Source: Lytechinus pictus (taxonomy: Eukaryota). From it: 64,000 bases of DNA. Positions 61,461 through 64,000 of this stretch are shown here, piece by piece. A program made the position numbers and the translations under genes. The stretch covers positions 7,998,001-8,062,000 of the forward strand of contig NC_087245.1 of the NCBI RefSeq assembly GCF_037042905.1, read 5' to 3'. Under the pieces are notes generated by a model. That model did not search any database. It was not told the origin of the DNA and worked only from the letters and a program-made list of their open reading frames with translations. Each line of letters starts with the position of its first letter. The stretch's first letter is position 1.

Positions 61461-61760
61461 GTTTTTCTTACAATGCAGACATTCTTTGCTGGGGATTTAA
61501 CAGCATGTCTTACATTGCACATTATGTAAACACTTTTACGGTTGGAAAACTCTGGCAAATACAACTGTCCCTTTGTTAGCTTACTAACAATTGGCTGATG
61601 ACGTCACAGCCAAAATGATATCTGGGCCTCAGGTGCAAGAGATGGAGATCAATTAGCAATTAATAAAATGCGATTTCATTTAAAAATCTTTATAAAAATA
61701 TATTTGTATTAAGTACTGCACATCAATATAAATCAACCTGAATTTGGATTGCAAGGTTCG

Positions 61761-62400
61761 TTAAAGGCCAAATCCATCCCAACAACCACAGACTTGATGG
61801 ATTTGAATATTTCATGAAAATCGGGTGCAAAATATCTTGTTATGAACTTTTAAGGTGAAATTTACCCCAACCAACTAGTTGATTGATTAAAAGAGAGAAA
61901 CAACATTAGGCGTGACACTGAAAACTGATAAAAATCAATGAACGTTAGAAAAATAATATGACAATTAGATTTCTGCCTGTTTTCACGAACATAACTTTAT
62001 TGTCAACAATGGAGATATGAAAATGCGCGAAAGCTCGATGATGTCATACATTTTGAGAAAAAAAATTAATTCAATCCTATGAAGTTAAACATTAATGCGT
62101 GCATCAGCCTCCTATACAATGTAAAAGACGAATCAATATAGTCTCAAATTGAATGTTGAATTAAATTCAAATTCCATTCGATACTATGATAGAAATGAAC
62201 CTGATTGTGATGCATCTTCTGCGTGTCAGCAGCTTGGAGCATGTTCATCAGAGTATTCATAATATTGGGGCCAAAAATGAAAATTTTATTACTTTCTTAT
62301 TAAATATCGGGTTTGTATAACATTTTTAGTGGTTTGCATGTTACATTTTCCTCTTATTTCATACAGGTCATCTTGCTATAAGAGTGGACTTTGACTTTCT
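61761..62400. mobile_element. Degenerate Kolobok-like MITE remnants
   Basis: TTAAAGGCCAAATCCATCCCAAC and TTAAGGTGAAATTTACCCCAAC starts; GTGGACTTTGACTTT end. Confidence 0.4.
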
Positions 62401-64000
62401 TCCCGTTGATGTCTAAAATCCAAAACATTCGAAGTTAAAATATACGATCGCATTTGTGGTAAATTGATATCGTTTTTTTATCGTACATAGTGGGAATGCC
62501 TACATGAAATACTAAAGATTATTGGGACAAGCTTCTGTTTGTCAAAGATATCTTTCAAGCAAGATAATATTCCTATGGGAAGAGGTTATGCAACAAAACG
62601 CACTGAATGTGTTCGAGAATGGTATGACTGATTCACACTGCTTAAAACTTCTGGGTTCACATTATTTCATGCAGTGGGATTGGCCGGGGGAATTGAGTGA
62701 TCTTTTCTGTTTTCGATTGCTTTTCTCCTCTACTTGTGATCTGGTATGGACTCATTTCCACCCCCATGCACATTTCTTTAAACAAACGATCAAACACAAT
62801 GGTAGCAGACAAAATATCACAACCACAGGAATGAAGATCTGTCCATGCATGGCACGCACTTCGTTTTCACTCTTGTCACAAGAGGTTATGATTTATGATT
62901 TATATTTTTAGCTGTTCGAATTGATAAAAGGAAATGATATACACGGTTGATCAGTGAAATATAAATATCTCAGAGAATCTGTGCTGTGACAATCAAACGT
63001 TATCCTCTCTTCCCTTCCTACTATCCATTTTATCATCTAAGCAACGATTTTTCCCCTATTGGAAAAAAAAACTATATTGCTTACGATACAATGTATTTTT
63101 TTTTCAGTTCAATATATTTATTTTCTCAGCATAAAAAAGATGATATATATATACAATATGTACAAGAATGACAAATAGTATCAGAGAAAATTGGAAACTG
63201 CAAAATTGTGCTACATGTTTCATTTTATCCATAAATCAGCAATAATTGAAAGACACTGAAACATATGTGATTCAATTGACTGACATATTTTTTTTTAAAT
63301 CGTGTACCTATCACACAATTTGTATTGGTTCATAAGCTCGATATCAGCATCAGACAGGGTATTGCTATCGAATGATTGGTACAATAATGGGCATTGGTAT
63401 TTGGAAGTCAATCATGCGTGTTTGCGTGATTACCATTATACCATATTTTCATGATTGGGTCAGTTGAGCACCTCGTATAGTGTGACAAATAAAGGTGGTT
63501 AAAACCTGCTATAACACTCAATTAAAATAATTTCAATCATGTCTTATAATGACCTACCATCAGTGGTCCAAGACCGGTCGCTTACTTCTGTTTTTCTGTT
63601 TTGTAAAACTATTTCTTTCTATAACATAATATCGCCTTTTGGATAAAACAGATGGTATTATAAAAGGGAGAGATGCGGCATATTCTTTCCTTCTAAATTG
63701 ATTTATAACATGATGGTTGAAAGATACGAATTGAGATGAGTCCTGAAAGCCCTATCACTATGATGCTGTCTAAAGATTATCGTCTACAGACACAATTGCG
63801 AACGTCTAAAAGCATGCTTGAGTCCTGAAGTCGTTCTTCATGGATCCAGTTATTGCAAGGCGGTGTATATGGGTTAATAAGTTCTCTTTAAAAGGTTGAC
63901 GAGCCGGCACCCCCGACACCCCTCCCAAAAAAAAAAGGAAAAAAAGAATCTGACCAATGAATCGTCATGAGATAGCATCGTGTGAAGGGAGGTTAAGATG

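Noticed and set aside
62522-62911. 129-aa ORF
   Set aside because: Non-ATG start, no recognisable domain and no convincing splice context.
63755-63835. C/D-box snoRNA-like ATGATG...CTGA
   Set aside because: Box C is imperfect, the terminal stem is only 3 bp, and no rRNA guide was recognised.

Overview
AT-rich, repeat-dense eukaryotic DNA, most likely sea urchin or another echinoderm (inferred from hyalin-type HYR domains and the repeat families). The window holds the 5' part of one large minus-strand gene for a secreted or cell-surface HYR-repeat (hyalin-like) glycoprotein. The model has a candidate TATA/Inr/CRE promoter at ~47.3 kb, a non-coding exon 1, a signal-peptide exon (46164-46255), a ~26 kb transposon-filled intron, and then 14 phase-1/phase-1 single-domain exons (20086 down to 725) alternating between two HYR types. 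That is about 1236 codons, and the gene runs off the window start. Ten of these exons belong to a young ~2.48 kb tandem array in which introns and an embedded SINE are homogenised along with the exons. The rest is mobile DNA: a frameshifted Tc1 (DD34E), a mariner-type deletion derivative that keeps a promoter and HTH, a degraded L1/Tx1-clade LINE with nested Harbinger-type insertions, hAT-like and Kolobok-like non-autonomous elements, Helentron/DINE-like elements, tRNA-derived SINEs and satellites. All calls are from reading the sequence by eye; no searches were run.
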